A DNA stretch of 50,331 nt from a bacterium (GTDB taxonomy: Bacteria > Patescibacteriota > Saccharimonadia > Saccharimonadales > UBA4665), in contig JAJXVX010000001.1 in assembly GCA_021781915.1 (NCBI GenBank), forward strand, positions 1 through 50,331, given 5' to 3'. Below are positions 9,591 through 17,943 of this stretch, piece after piece. A program made the translations under genes and the position numbers. Each line of letters starts with the position of its first letter. Position 1 is the first letter of the stretch. The notes under the pieces were generated by a model. It saw only the letters and a list, made by a program, of their open reading frames with translations, was not told the origin of the DNA and did no database searches.

Positions 9591-10268
9591 ATGTATAAAC
9601 AGCGAAATGCTCATTTGTTGAATCGAAACGGAGAACAAATCTTTTACAATGATATCGGTCGGCCGCTACAAGCCGGTGATAATCTTGATTTATTAAGTAA
9701 AATAAATCAAATTGCCAGTCAAAACTCTTGCCAAATTATTTTTAAAAGTACGCCTGGCGTAGTATATGCCTTAGGTTCGGAAATTAAATCGGCTCGACAA
9801 AAAAATAATCCACTAGTTGAGGGGACGACATCGTCCGATGAAGTAATAGACAAAATCAAAACCTCAACTTTATTTCCCGTCCTACAATTAGATTATGGTC
9901 TAAAAACCAAAATTGACTCTGTAGAATGTAAGACCCTAAAAAAAGATAATCTTAAAGACATTCGATTAAAACTTAACAATATAACAAATTTTAACGAAGA
10001 AGGATCAGTTATATATGAAGAACGGCACGCCGTTCAGTTTGGTCTCGGTCTACTCAGACCCAGACTTAATCAAGATATATCAGATAATTCCAAAGCCCAC
10101 AAACCAACGCCCGTAACACTTCTTTTGGGCGTATTCGAAGCCGATACTACTGCTAATGAAACTCCACTTATCAAGAATTTAAATGAAGTTTTAGAGGGTC
10201 AGACTATCTATCTTGGAAAACTATCTGTTTACAATGCGTTCTCTAACCAATCGAGACAAACTATTTAG
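9591..10268 (+). CDS. Hypothetical protein, 225 aa, no recognisable motif
   Basis: Long ORF with an AAGG SD-like element 6 nt upstream of the ATG. Fills the gap between the divergent rpoB and the convergent clpP. Its stop overlaps the clpP stop by 4 nt. Confidence 0.5.
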   Translation: MYKQRNAHLLNRNGEQIFYNDIGRPLQAGDNLDLLSKINQIASQNSCQIIFKSTPGVVYALGSEIKSARQKNNPLVEGTTSSDEVIDKIKTSTLFPVLQLDYGLKTKIDSVECKTLKKDNLKDIRLKLNNITNFNEEGSVIYEERHAVQFGLGLLRPRLNQDISDNSKAHKPTPVTLLLGVFEADTTANETPLIKNLNEVLEGQTIYLGKLSVYNAFSNQSRQTI

Positions 10269-10864
10269 ACTGCTTTTATTATTTTATCAGCTAACCCGTA
10301 TTTAACAGCTTCGTCGGCCGATAACCATTTGTCTCTTTCCATATCCTGGTGAATGATTTCCGCTTTTTGACCAGTATTTCCGGCCATAATAGATTCTAAC
10401 AGTCTTTTTAGTCGGAGGCTTTCTTGTAAATCAATTTCCTGATCAGTTACCTTGCCTCGTGTTCCTGAACTAGGCTGATGAATCATTACCGTTGAATTGG
10501 GTAATAAAAATCTTTTGCCTTTGGTACCGGAACTAAGCAGAAATGCAGCAGCTGAAGCTTGAACACCGATACCAAATGTTTGAACATCGTTTTTAACAAA
10601 CTTCATCGTGTCGTAAATAGCTAGCGCGTCATAAACACTACCACCCGGACTATTTATATACAGATAAATATCTTTACTCGAATTTTCGGCCTGCAGGAAT
10701 AACAACTGAGCTACAATTAGATTGGCCGTTACTTGATTTACTTCATCACCTAAAAAGATAATTCTCTCTTTTAAAAGGCGAGAGTAGATATCATAGGCCC
10801 TTTCATATCGTCCTTCATTTTCAATAACCGTTGGCACTAACACAGATTGTGGATTGTTTATCAT
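10265..10864 (-). CDS. clpP: ATP-dependent Clp protease proteolytic subunit
   Basis: [39 protein letters not shown]... carries an active-site Ser ([11 protein letters not shown]), MIHQP His and [11 protein letters not shown] prefer the ATG at 10864. The ORF-track GTG start at 10894 lies inside the CIRCE element. Confidence 0.93.
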   Translation of the reverse strand: MINNPQSVLVPTVIENEGRYERAYDIYSRLLKERIIFLGDEVNQVTANLIVAQLLFLQAENSSKDIYLYINSPGGSVYDALAIYDTMKFVKNDVQTFGIGVQASAAAFLLSSGTKGKRFLLPNSTVMIHQPSSGTRGKVTDQEIDLQESLRLKRLLESIMAGNTGQKAEIIHQDMERDKWLSADEAVKYGLADKIIKAV

Positions 10865-10872
10865 ATAAATAC

Positions 10873-10901
10873 ATAGTAGATTATTGGCACTCACATGTCA
10901 A
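10873..10901 (-). promoter_or_regulatory. Candidate clpP promoter TTGACA-N17-TACTAT, with the -10 box 8 nt from the ATG
   Basis: On the minus strand, TTGACA is at 10901-10896 (inside the CIRCE spacer) and TACTAT at 10878-10873. The ATG is at 10864 and no SD lies in the 8-nt gap. Confidence 0.5.
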
Positions 10902-10910
10902 GAGTGCTAA
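10884..10910. promoter_or_regulatory. CIRCE-type inverted repeat (HrcA operator consensus TTAGCACTC-N9-GAGTGCTAA)
   Basis: The minus strand reads TTAGCACTC TTGACATGT GAGTGCCAA, matching 17 of 18 arm positions. It lies in the 48-nt tig-clpP spacer. Confidence 0.8.
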
Positions 10911-10912
10911 TT

Positions 10913-12199
10913 TTATTTATTTAACAGAGTATCTAGATGATCGAGAGTCTTCTCGATTTGCATTCTATTTTTTATATCAAGTTGGGCATCTTCTGTCTCG
11001 AGCTCTTTAACCATATAATCATCTGACTGATAATAACTCTTAAGCAAATTGAGTCGAGTTTTTAGTTCATCGTCGCTAACCTTAATACCTAGGTCGGAAG
11101 CTAATTTAGATAGCACTAAGCCAGCTTTGATTTGTTTCTCTGCTGCATCGCGATTCTGTTTAGTGTGTTCTTCTTCGCTAACACCTTCATCTTTCAAATG
11201 ATCAGCAAATGTCTGACCTCGAGATTCAAGAGCAGCTTTATCTTGTTGCAAAATTCTTTCTAGCTCAGTGTTAATTAAACTTTCTGGTAATTCAATCTTG
11301 GTCTTAGCGACCAATTCCTCAACTATTTGATTATCAAAAGTTTGTTTATTTCTCGACGCATCTTCCGATTCTATTTGCTGGGCGACTGCTTTTTTTAGGT
11401 CATCGATAGTTTTAAAAGGCCCGAATTTAGCTAGTAATTTCTCGTCTAATTGTGGTTTTACGAGTTTATTGACTGATTTAATCTTGACTTTGAAGACTGT
11501 TTTTTTGTTACGAAGTTTAGCTTGATGGTAGTCGGCTGGAAATGTAATCTTAAACTCTTTACTATCACCTTTTTTTAAACCAACTAGCTGCTCCTCGAAA
11601 CCCGGTATAAAACTGTTGGAGCCCAAAACTAGAGGATAATCATCAGACTTAGCGCCATCAATGAGTTCTTTGGTTTTCTCGTCACTGCCTTCGAAATCAA
11701 AAATAACTTCATCATTTAATTTAGCTGGCTGTTTAGATTCTTGTCTGACAGACTCTTTAGCAATTAAATCATCGACTACCTTATCGATATCTTTTGAAGA
11801 AGCAATCGCTTTCTTTTTTCTAGTTGATAGCTTTTTAAGATCTGGTAATAATATGTCAGCTACTCTTTCCACATCAAAGGTTACTTCAAGAGTCTCGTAT
11901 GGTACAAATTTTTTTATCGAAACATTTGGTTTATCGACTGGCATAAGCTTCAATTCTCGAATAGCCAAAGTATATAAATCGTTTAGCGCCGAGTCCAAAA
12001 ATTCTGTTTGGAGAGTCGATGGATCAACATTCTTTTCAACAATTGATGTTGGTATGTGACCTTTTCTAAATCCAGGCAATGATAAGGTTTTAGCGAATTG
12101 ATTAAGAACCAAGTTTAAATGCTTATTTAAAAGCTCCTTATCTGCGATGGCAGAAAAAGTTACTTTTGTCGGTTTATTGTCGGTGATATTTACTTGCAT
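10913..12199 (-). CDS. tig: Trigger factor (ribosome-associated peptidyl-prolyl isomerase/chaperone)
   Basis: 428 aa with ...LPGFRKGHIPTSIVEK... (the trigger-factor ribosome-binding signature GFRxGxxP) and a central FKBP-like segment. Shows the classical tig-clpP synteny. Confidence 0.9.
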   Translation of the reverse strand: MQVNITDNKPTKVTFSAIADKELLNKHLNLVLNQFAKTLSLPGFRKGHIPTSIVEKNVDPSTLQTEFLDSALNDLYTLAIRELKLMPVDKPNVSIKKFVPYETLEVTFDVERVADILLPDLKKLSTRKKKAIASSKDIDKVVDDLIAKESVRQESKQPAKLNDEVIFDFEGSDEKTKELIDGAKSDDYPLVLGSNSFIPGFEEQLVGLKKGDSKEFKITFPADYHQAKLRNKKTVFKVKIKSVNKLVKPQLDEKLLAKFGPFKTIDDLKKAVAQQIESEDASRNKQTFDNQIVEELVAKTKIELPESLINTELERILQQDKAALESRGQTFADHLKDEGVSEEEHTKQNRDAAEKQIKAGLVLSKLASDLGIKVSDDELKTRLNLLKSYYQSDDYMVKELETEDAQLDIKNRMQIEKTLDHLDTLLNK

Positions 12200-12207
12200 A
12201 GACTAAA

Positions 12208-12236
12208 ATGATAACAGGATTTTGAAATTTGGACAA
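12208..12236 (-). promoter_or_regulatory. Candidate tig promoter TTGTCC-N17-TATCAT, with the -10 box 8 nt from the ATG
   Basis: On the minus strand, TTGTCC is at 12236-12231 and TATCAT at 12213-12208. The ATG is at 12199. All of this sits within the 45-nt hisS-tig spacer, with no SD. Confidence 0.45.
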
Positions 12237-12244
12237 AAAAATAT

Positions 12245-13537
12245 TTATTTGTCATTAAAGAAATTAATCAGTTCAGAAGTATCAAGTTTGTATTCTTTTT
12301 TAGTTGATAGCTCTTTGAGGGTAAGTTTTCCGGTCTTGATCTCTTCGGGACCGATTATTAAAACATAAGGGATCTTTTTCTTAAGTGCAATGGTAATTTG
12401 ATCGCTCATTTTTTTTCCTCGCCAACCTTCAGCAATGTTAATCCCATTACGCCTAATTGATTTCAAAATCGAATTGATTGATTCTAGGTCGACATCTAAT
12501 GAAATAGCATAGATATCAGTCTCAGTCGGTAGATCAGGTAATAGTCCATGATTATTGACGAAGTTGAATAAAGTTGCATCACCCAAGCCAAAACCAACTG
12601 TCGAGATAGGCTCTACACCAAACAAACCAACTAAACCGTCGTATCGTCCACCGCCCATCATAGAACGATTATTATCAGGGTCTTCATCAAATACTTCAAA
12701 GACAATATCGGTGTAATAATCAAAACCACGCATAATTGTTGGGTCGAAGACTAAATTTATCTTATCGTCGTTAAGTCGGAAGACTTCTTTGATAGTATCA
12801 AGTGAAGAATGATTTTTCAGCTTGTCCGGTAAATCCTTGATTTTATCTGTTTTGATTAAGTCAATTAGTTTTTCTACCACTAGTCTTTGGCGATCGGAAT
12901 CATCAATAATCTCATCAACCTGTGATATAAAATCAGTTATGGCCATTTTATGAACACCATCTATTAACTTCATTATAAGTTTAGTTTTTTCATCGTTGAG
13001 ACCAAGAAATTCATTAAAGAAATATTCCATGAATTTTCGACTGTTTAACTTAATCTTATACATTTTGCGGCTAGCGCCTAGTGCTTGAAAAATATCATCA
13101 GCGACTGAAATAATTTCGTTATCACCTTGAAGACCGCTCAATCCGAATAAATCAACATTTAACTGCCAATGTTCCCGGAAACGGCCCTTTTGCTGTCTCT
13201 CATAGCGCCAGAGGTTCGGAATACTGTATAACCTTAACGGATAACTTAGTTCTTGTCTTTTCCTGGCAACCATTCGACTAACGGAAGGTGTCATTTCGGG
13301 TCTAATTGCTAATTTTCTGCCAGCTCGGTCTGTAAAATTATATGTCTGTTGAGAAACTATCTCGGTCCCGCTCTTGGCAGCATATAGGTCATACTCTTCA
13401 AGCATAGGCGCATCATATTCTTCGTAACCATAGCTCTGCACAACAGTTGTTAATTTAGCAAACAGGTACTTCAAAACCCTTTTATCTTCAGGATAAAAAT
13501 CTCTCGAACCTTTGTAGGGGTTTATGTTTAATTTCAT
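12245..13537 (-). CDS. hisS: Histidine--tRNA ligase
   Basis: MKLNINPYKGSRDFYPED...LAIRPEMTPSVSR...RYERQQKGRFREHWQLNVD... are class II aaRS HisRS motifs. The start is set at ATG 13537 because the ORF-track extension to 13588 runs through the tRNA gene. Confidence 0.92.
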   Translation of the reverse strand: MKLNINPYKGSRDFYPEDKRVLKYLFAKLTTVVQSYGYEEYDAPMLEEYDLYAAKSGTEIVSQQTYNFTDRAGRKLAIRPEMTPSVSRMVARKRQELSYPLRLYSIPNLWRYERQQKGRFREHWQLNVDLFGLSGLQGDNEIISVADDIFQALGASRKMYKIKLNSRKFMEYFFNEFLGLNDEKTKLIMKLIDGVHKMAITDFISQVDEIIDDSDRQRLVVEKLIDLIKTDKIKDLPDKLKNHSSLDTIKEVFRLNDDKINLVFDPTIMRGFDYYTDIVFEVFDEDPDNNRSMMGGGRYDGLVGLFGVEPISTVGFGLGDATLFNFVNNHGLLPDLPTETDIYAISLDVDLESINSILKSIRRNGINIAEGWRGKKMSDQITIALKKKIPYVLIIGPEEIKTGKLTLKELSTKKEYKLDTSELINFFNDK

Positions 13538-13546
13538 AATATTAAA

Positions 13547-13630
13547 TGGTGCGCGAGAGAGGACTTGAACCTCCATGCCTTGCGGCACATGCTCCTAAGG
13601 CATGCGTGTCTACCATTTCACCACTCGCGC
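13547..13630 (-). tRNA. tRNA-Leu (anticodon UAG), type II with long variable arm, CCA encoded
   Basis: Hand fold: acceptor GCGCGAG/CUCGCGC, D stem GUG/CAC, anticodon stem CAUGC/GCAUG with loop CUUAGGA. The variable arm is UGCC-GCAA-GGCA and the T arm is GGAGG-UUCAAGU-CCUCU, followed by discriminator A and CCA. Confidence 0.9.
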
Positions 13631-13671
13631 GAATTTAGTGGCTTTATAGTTATATATTTTACAGTATTAAT

Positions 13672-14217
13672 TTATTTTTTATAAATTAGAATTAAAACTT
13701 TGCCATATTCTTTTTGCTTTAACAATTTTAGATCCAAGAACTGCTGTTTAATGGCTTGCTCATTTTGTTTTGGTACTGATAAAATCAACAAGCCTTCACT
13801 GGCTATTTTAGTATTAAGGTCAGCAAAGTTTGACGGTAAATCATCGTATGGTGGATCGGCAAAAACAATATCAAACTTGTTGCCGTTATTATCCTTTAAA
13901 TAAGCTTCGCTTGATATAGGCATAAGCTTTAGTTGGTTTGATAATTTTAATCTTTTGATAGATGTCTTAATGGCGCTAATAGCCAAGTAATTATTTTCAA
14001 CCATAACTGCACTTTCTGCTCCTCTTGAAATAGACTCAATACTAAAGGCTCCACTGCCAGCGAAAACATCAAGTATGCTCAACCCTGAAATATCCCCCAA
14101 CATATTAAAGATTGCTTGTCGGACTTTAGAGCTCATTGGATGAGTTTTAGGACTATCAGGCGAATAGAAAGTTCGATTTTTTAAAGTTCCGGCGACGACA
14201 GTCAAATCAAGTTTCAT
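13672..14217 (-). CDS. rsmD: 16S rRNA (guanine966-N2)-methyltransferase RsmD family
   Basis: 181 aa with the SAM motif LDVFAGSGAFSIE and the catalytic FADPPYD motif. Size and layout are typical of RsmD. Confidence 0.75.
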   Translation of the reverse strand: MKLDLTVVAGTLKNRTFYSPDSPKTHPMSSKVRQAIFNMLGDISGLSILDVFAGSGAFSIESISRGAESAVMVENNYLAISAIKTSIKRLKLSNQLKLMPISSEAYLKDNNGNKFDIVFADPPYDDLPSNFADLNTKIASEGLLILSVPKQNEQAIKQQFLDLKLLKQKEYGKVLILIYKK

Positions 14218-15017
14218 TTTTTACTATCAATATATGCACTGTACCAAGCAATTGTGACTGATTTAATTAATACAGGGGCTAAATATTTACGAATTTTAGA
14301 AGATAGATTAATAGTCCAGCCATGCTGATAAAAGTCATCGTATAAACCGTGGGATGCAATGTCTTGAGCTAAACGACGATACCACTTATCTATCCCTAGT
14401 CTGAACTGTTCAATATCACTTTGGCTTGGAACAGATTTTTTAAAAGACAGTGGAGCCATAATTCCGGCAACGCCAATCTCAAAGGCGGCATGGGTTATAA
14501 AAAGTCCTTTAGGACCCCACATTCGCCAGTTATTATGAATTATATGTCTCTTTTTCTCACCGCTCATGATCAGTCGATTCCTGAGAGTATCTCTGGTGTC
14601 TCGAGTCTGTCCCATCCGTAGTTCCTCCAGTTTTTCTTCATAAGGGTAGTGGTGGGCCGGCGTCAGGCCATCAACTAGAGCATGTGACAGCCATGCTGCT
14701 TCAAAAGCTGATCTTTCATTATTTTTGTTTCTTAAAGCTAAGACTAAATTATTGTAGTGATACGTAATCGCGTGAATCAATTCATTATCATCGATATCAT
14801 ACGGTGAAATAAAATGCCAAGGTTCATTTTTGGCCGGGCTTTTTCTTTTAATCGCATCTGGACCGTTATAACCTTCAAAATGCAAAATACTTTTAACTGA
14901 CGGAAACCTGATGGCGCCGTCGACAAGATTAAGATTTCTTCTAGCTAATCGGTCAATTTTTTGATGAACGCCGATAATTTTGCCTGAATTTTTTCGAAAA
15001 GTTGTACCTGAATACAT
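14214..15017 (-). CDS. Zinc-dependent phospholipase C / S1-P1 nuclease superfamily-like protein (no signal peptide)
   Basis: 267 aa. Ligand-like residues H18, D54 and H68 (WHFISPYD) are present, plus H112-x3-D116-x5-H122 (SHALVDGLTPAH) and a later H-x3-E (THAAFE). This mirrors the Bacillus cereus PLC zinc ligands H14, D55, H69, H118, D122, H128, H142, E146. Its stop overlaps the rsmD start (ATGA). Confidence 0.6.
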   Translation of the reverse strand: MYSGTTFRKNSGKIIGVHQKIDRLARRNLNLVDGAIRFPSVKSILHFEGYNGPDAIKRKSPAKNEPWHFISPYDIDDNELIHAITYHYNNLVLALRNKNNERSAFEAAWLSHALVDGLTPAHHYPYEEKLEELRMGQTRDTRDTLRNRLIMSGEKKRHIIHNNWRMWGPKGLFITHAAFEIGVAGIMAPLSFKKSVPSQSDIEQFRLGIDKWYRRLAQDIASHGLYDDFYQHGWTINLSSKIRKYLAPVLIKSVTIAWYSAYIDSKK

Positions 15018-15055
15018 AAACCAATATCTATTTTATGCTATTAATCAATCACTAC

Positions 15056-17110
15056 CTAATCTAACGTTCGAATAGAAGCCAGTTCCGAAACCTTATCGTC
15101 TAAATCTTTAAAGTCACTGATACGATTATCTGTGAAAAACCGAAGAGCGACTGTTTTAACTTTTTTGATAAATTCCAGATTAGAAAACTCGGTAAATTTG
15201 AGATCAGTCAGTCCGTGCTGTGATAGTCCGTAAAATGCTCCCGGCCCTCTTAATTTAAGATCTACCTCGGCCAGTTCGAAACCGCTCGATAAACGCACTA
15301 ATGAATTCATCCGTTCATTTTTTAATATATCTTCATCTCCTATCAGGAAACAGAAACCGCTATGTTTACCTCGACCAACTCGACCACGAAGCTGATGTAT
15401 CTGAGCAAGACCAAATGATTCAGCGTCAAAAATAACCATAACAGTCGCATTGGGTACATCTACACCAACTTCAATAACGGTAGTAGAGACTACTAAGTCG
15501 AGTTTTTTGGTAACAAAATCAGATAAAACCCTGTCTTTTTCATCGGCCGATAGCTTACCGTGGAGAAGTCCAAGCCTAAACTTAGGGAAAACCTCTCCAA
15601 GCTCTTGATAAACAGAGTGAACATCTTTCCGTCTTGATTTAGTTTCTGATTTAATAATCAACGGGCAAACCACAAAAACCTGATGACCTTGCTTAATTTC
15701 TTGTTCTATTACACTGTAGGCATGATTGATGTTGCTCTCAGCAATTATTTCAGTTTTGATATTCGTCGATTGGTGTGGTTTTTCAGTTAGCCGAGAAATT
15801 GATAACTCACCGAAAAGCGTTAAGGCTAGACTCCTTGGTATTGGCGTAGCGGAAAGAGTCAGTAAATGTGGAATTGTATCAGCATTTAACTGTAATATTT
15901 TCCTTTGGTTAACTCCAAACCGATGCTGTTCATCAACAATTAAAAGAGCTAATTGTTTAAGTGATACATCGCTCTCCAGCAAAGCATGAGTACCAACTAT
16001 TAATAAAATTTCATTTTTAGCTAATTTTTCTTTGACAATTTTTTTCTGGTTTAAAGACATACTTCCGACCAATAAGCCAACTTTTTTTTCAAGACCAAGC
16101 CCTTTAAGTAATTTAAAAATAGTATTGGCATGTTGTTTGGCTAAAACCTCGGTTGGGGCTAAAAAGGCGACCTGCCAACCTTTATTCATGACCATTAAGG
16201 CGCTCATTAATGCCACTACAGTTTTCCCGGATCCAACATCACCTTCCAATAATCTGTTCATTGGTCTATCTTTTGCTAAATCTAAATAAATCCGCCAAAT
16301 TACAGCTCGCTGAGAATCAGTCAAATTAAAAGGTAGCTTTTTTATAAACTTTTTAGCAAGATCAACATCTATTTCAACGACATTAGCATGCTCATTTTTT
16401 AGAATTTCTCGGTTTTTGAAGCTAACCAGACTGAGAGCAAATATTTCGTCAAAACTTAGTCTTAGCCTAGCTAAGCTTAAGTCCTCTTGTGATTTCGGGA
16501 AATGTAGATTTTTCAAGGCTGCCGCAAGCGATATTAAACCTTCCTGCTTAATTACTATCGGGGGCATATAATCTTTTATTTTAAAATTACGGCTGTAGAT
16601 CGCCCGGATACTACGCCTTATCTGGGTTATGGTTAAGTTTTTATTAGTCTTATATACTGGCAAAATTCCATTAGTGTTGATTGGGAAATCAGACTCGATT
16701 TCGATGGCTGGACTTACTATTAACATCCGACCTGAAGACAGACCAAATTTACCAGATACATAGTAGACTACGCCGTTTTTGATGTTTTTAACTCTATAGG
16801 GTTGATTAAACCATACCAGCCTGACGCTGCCGGTTTCATCACTACCCAAAGCCTCTGTAATATGAAGTCCACGACGAACATATCTTCCACTTACATTATT
16901 AATAGTTAGTTTTGCACTGATTAGTCCAGGTTTAAATTGTTTAACTTTTAACAGCTCAGAATAATCATCATATCGACGAGGTGCATAATAAATTAAATCC
17001 CTAACAGTGTTAATATTTAAAGTTTTAAAATTATTACTGAGAGATGGCCCGACGCCTTTAATCAGAGACAAATTATCGTCTAAATTAATCGAGGAAAACA
17101 TTTCAGACAT
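15056..17110 (-). CDS. recG: ATP-dependent DNA helicase RecG
   Basis: N-terminal wedge/OB region followed by an SF2 helicase core (GDVGSGKTVVA, DEQHRFG, SATPIPRS, QLRGRVGRG). The start is placed at ATG 17110 (MSEMFSS...). The ORF-track start at 17176 overlaps the upstream gene. Confidence 0.9.
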   Translation of the reverse strand: MSEMFSSINLDDNLSLIKGVGPSLSNNFKTLNINTVRDLIYYAPRRYDDYSELLKVKQFKPGLISAKLTINNVSGRYVRRGLHITEALGSDETGSVRLVWFNQPYRVKNIKNGVVYYVSGKFGLSSGRMLIVSPAIEIESDFPINTNGILPVYKTNKNLTITQIRRSIRAIYSRNFKIKDYMPPIVIKQEGLISLAAALKNLHFPKSQEDLSLARLRLSFDEIFALSLVSFKNREILKNEHANVVEIDVDLAKKFIKKLPFNLTDSQRAVIWRIYLDLAKDRPMNRLLEGDVGSGKTVVALMSALMVMNKGWQVAFLAPTEVLAKQHANTIFKLLKGLGLEKKVGLLVGSMSLNQKKIVKEKLAKNEILLIVGTHALLESDVSLKQLALLIVDEQHRFGVNQRKILQLNADTIPHLLTLSATPIPRSLALTLFGELSISRLTEKPHQSTNIKTEIIAESNINHAYSVIEQEIKQGHQVFVVCPLIIKSETKSRRKDVHSVYQELGEVFPKFRLGLLHGKLSADEKDRVLSDFVTKKLDLVVSTTVIEVGVDVPNATVMVIFDAESFGLAQIHQLRGRVGRGKHSGFCFLIGDEDILKNERMNSLVRLSSGFELAEVDLKLRGPGAFYGLSQHGLTDLKFTEFSNLEFIKKVKTVALRFFTDNRISDFKDLDDKVSELASIRTLD

Positions 17111-17138
17111 ATTTAAATCTATTGTATCAACTAATAGA

Positions 17139-17906
17139 TTATTTTTTGCAGAGCAAGAAGAAGATGCTCGGACCAAAATATGTTCCGGACAAAGGTTGTT
17201 GCAAAACTTTTTCTAAAAACAATAAAGCGGACATCGGTAAAATAGATTTAAAAATTCGATGTCGAAGATTAGAAACTGACAATACTCTCTCAACTATCAA
17301 ACCAGCTTGATCGAACTGCCAAATAACCGTTCTTGGGTTATGGTTAACAAAAGGTATCTCGTTTTGATTACGATGCTCTTTTGACCGAATATCGACCGGC
17401 GTGGTTGGTAATTTCTTCCCTTTAACGAATAACCTAATTCGATTTAAGAAATGAGCATAATTAGCTACCTCTATGATAGCGTAGCCATCTTTAGATAAAA
17501 CCCGGGATATTTCGGCTAATTCGACTGAAGGCTCGGGCAAATGATGCATAACTCTAACCATGGCCAGAAGATCTACCGAACCGGTTGGAAATTCAAGATT
17601 ATCGGCCTGCATAATTTTTCTTTCAATTGAAGGAAAATCTTTCAGATACTTTTTGGCAATATCGAGTTGTTGTGATGAAGGCTCGGACAAAACAACCTTA
17701 TCAGAATATTCAGCCAATACTGTTGATAGCCTACCGTAACCACCGCCTAAATCAACCGCTAATTTAAAATGTTTGCCGCTCAGTAATTTGTTAATGGCGA
17801 TAACTTCAGCTTGATTTTCGTATTTACGATTATCCCAGTATCTTAAATAATTATGATTCTCGTCATTATATTGATCCGCTTTTTTCAAGTTTTTTTGATT
17901 TGCCAT
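17139..17906 (-). CDS. Class I SAM-dependent methyltransferase (substrate unknown)
   Basis: 255 aa with motif I VDLGGGYGRLS and a Methyltransf_11-like layout. Confidence 0.8.
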   Translation of the reverse strand: MANQKNLKKADQYNDENHNYLRYWDNRKYENQAEVIAINKLLSGKHFKLAVDLGGGYGRLSTVLAEYSDKVVLSEPSSQQLDIAKKYLKDFPSIERKIMQADNLEFPTGSVDLLAMVRVMHHLPEPSVELAEISRVLSKDGYAIIEVANYAHFLNRIRLFVKGKKLPTTPVDIRSKEHRNQNEIPFVNHNPRTVIWQFDQAGLIVERVLSVSNLRHRIFKSILPMSALLFLEKVLQQPLSGTYFGPSIFFLLCKK

Positions 17907-17914
17907 AGTTATTC

Positions 17915-17943
17915 AATATACTAAAGTGCGTTAAATTAGCCAA
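17915..17943 (-). promoter_or_regulatory. Candidate promoter TTGGCT-N17-TATATT, with the -10 box 8 nt from the ATG of the methyltransferase gene
   Basis: On the minus strand, TTGGCT is at 17943-17938 and TATATT at 17920-17915. The ATG is at 17906. It fits exactly into the 38-nt tyrS-MTase spacer, with no SD. Confidence 0.45.

Noticed and set aside
10865-10894. GTG-initiated 10-codon extension of clpP
   Set aside because: It starts inside the CIRCE palindrome and promoter. ClpP homology begins at [15 protein letters not shown], so ATG 10864 is preferred.
13538-13588. N-terminal extension of the hisS ORF in the six-frame track (MPQGMEVQVLSRAPFNI...)
   Set aside because: This stretch is the reverse complement of the tRNA-Leu gene (13547-13630). 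The conserved HisRS N-terminus starts at MKLNINPYKGSRDF (ATG 13537).
17111-17176. Upstream extension of recG overlapping the methyltransferase 3-prime end
   Set aside because: The extra 22 residues (MVRASSSCSAKNN...) overlap the preceding gene by 38 nt. An in-frame ATG at 17110 lies just after that gene's stop.
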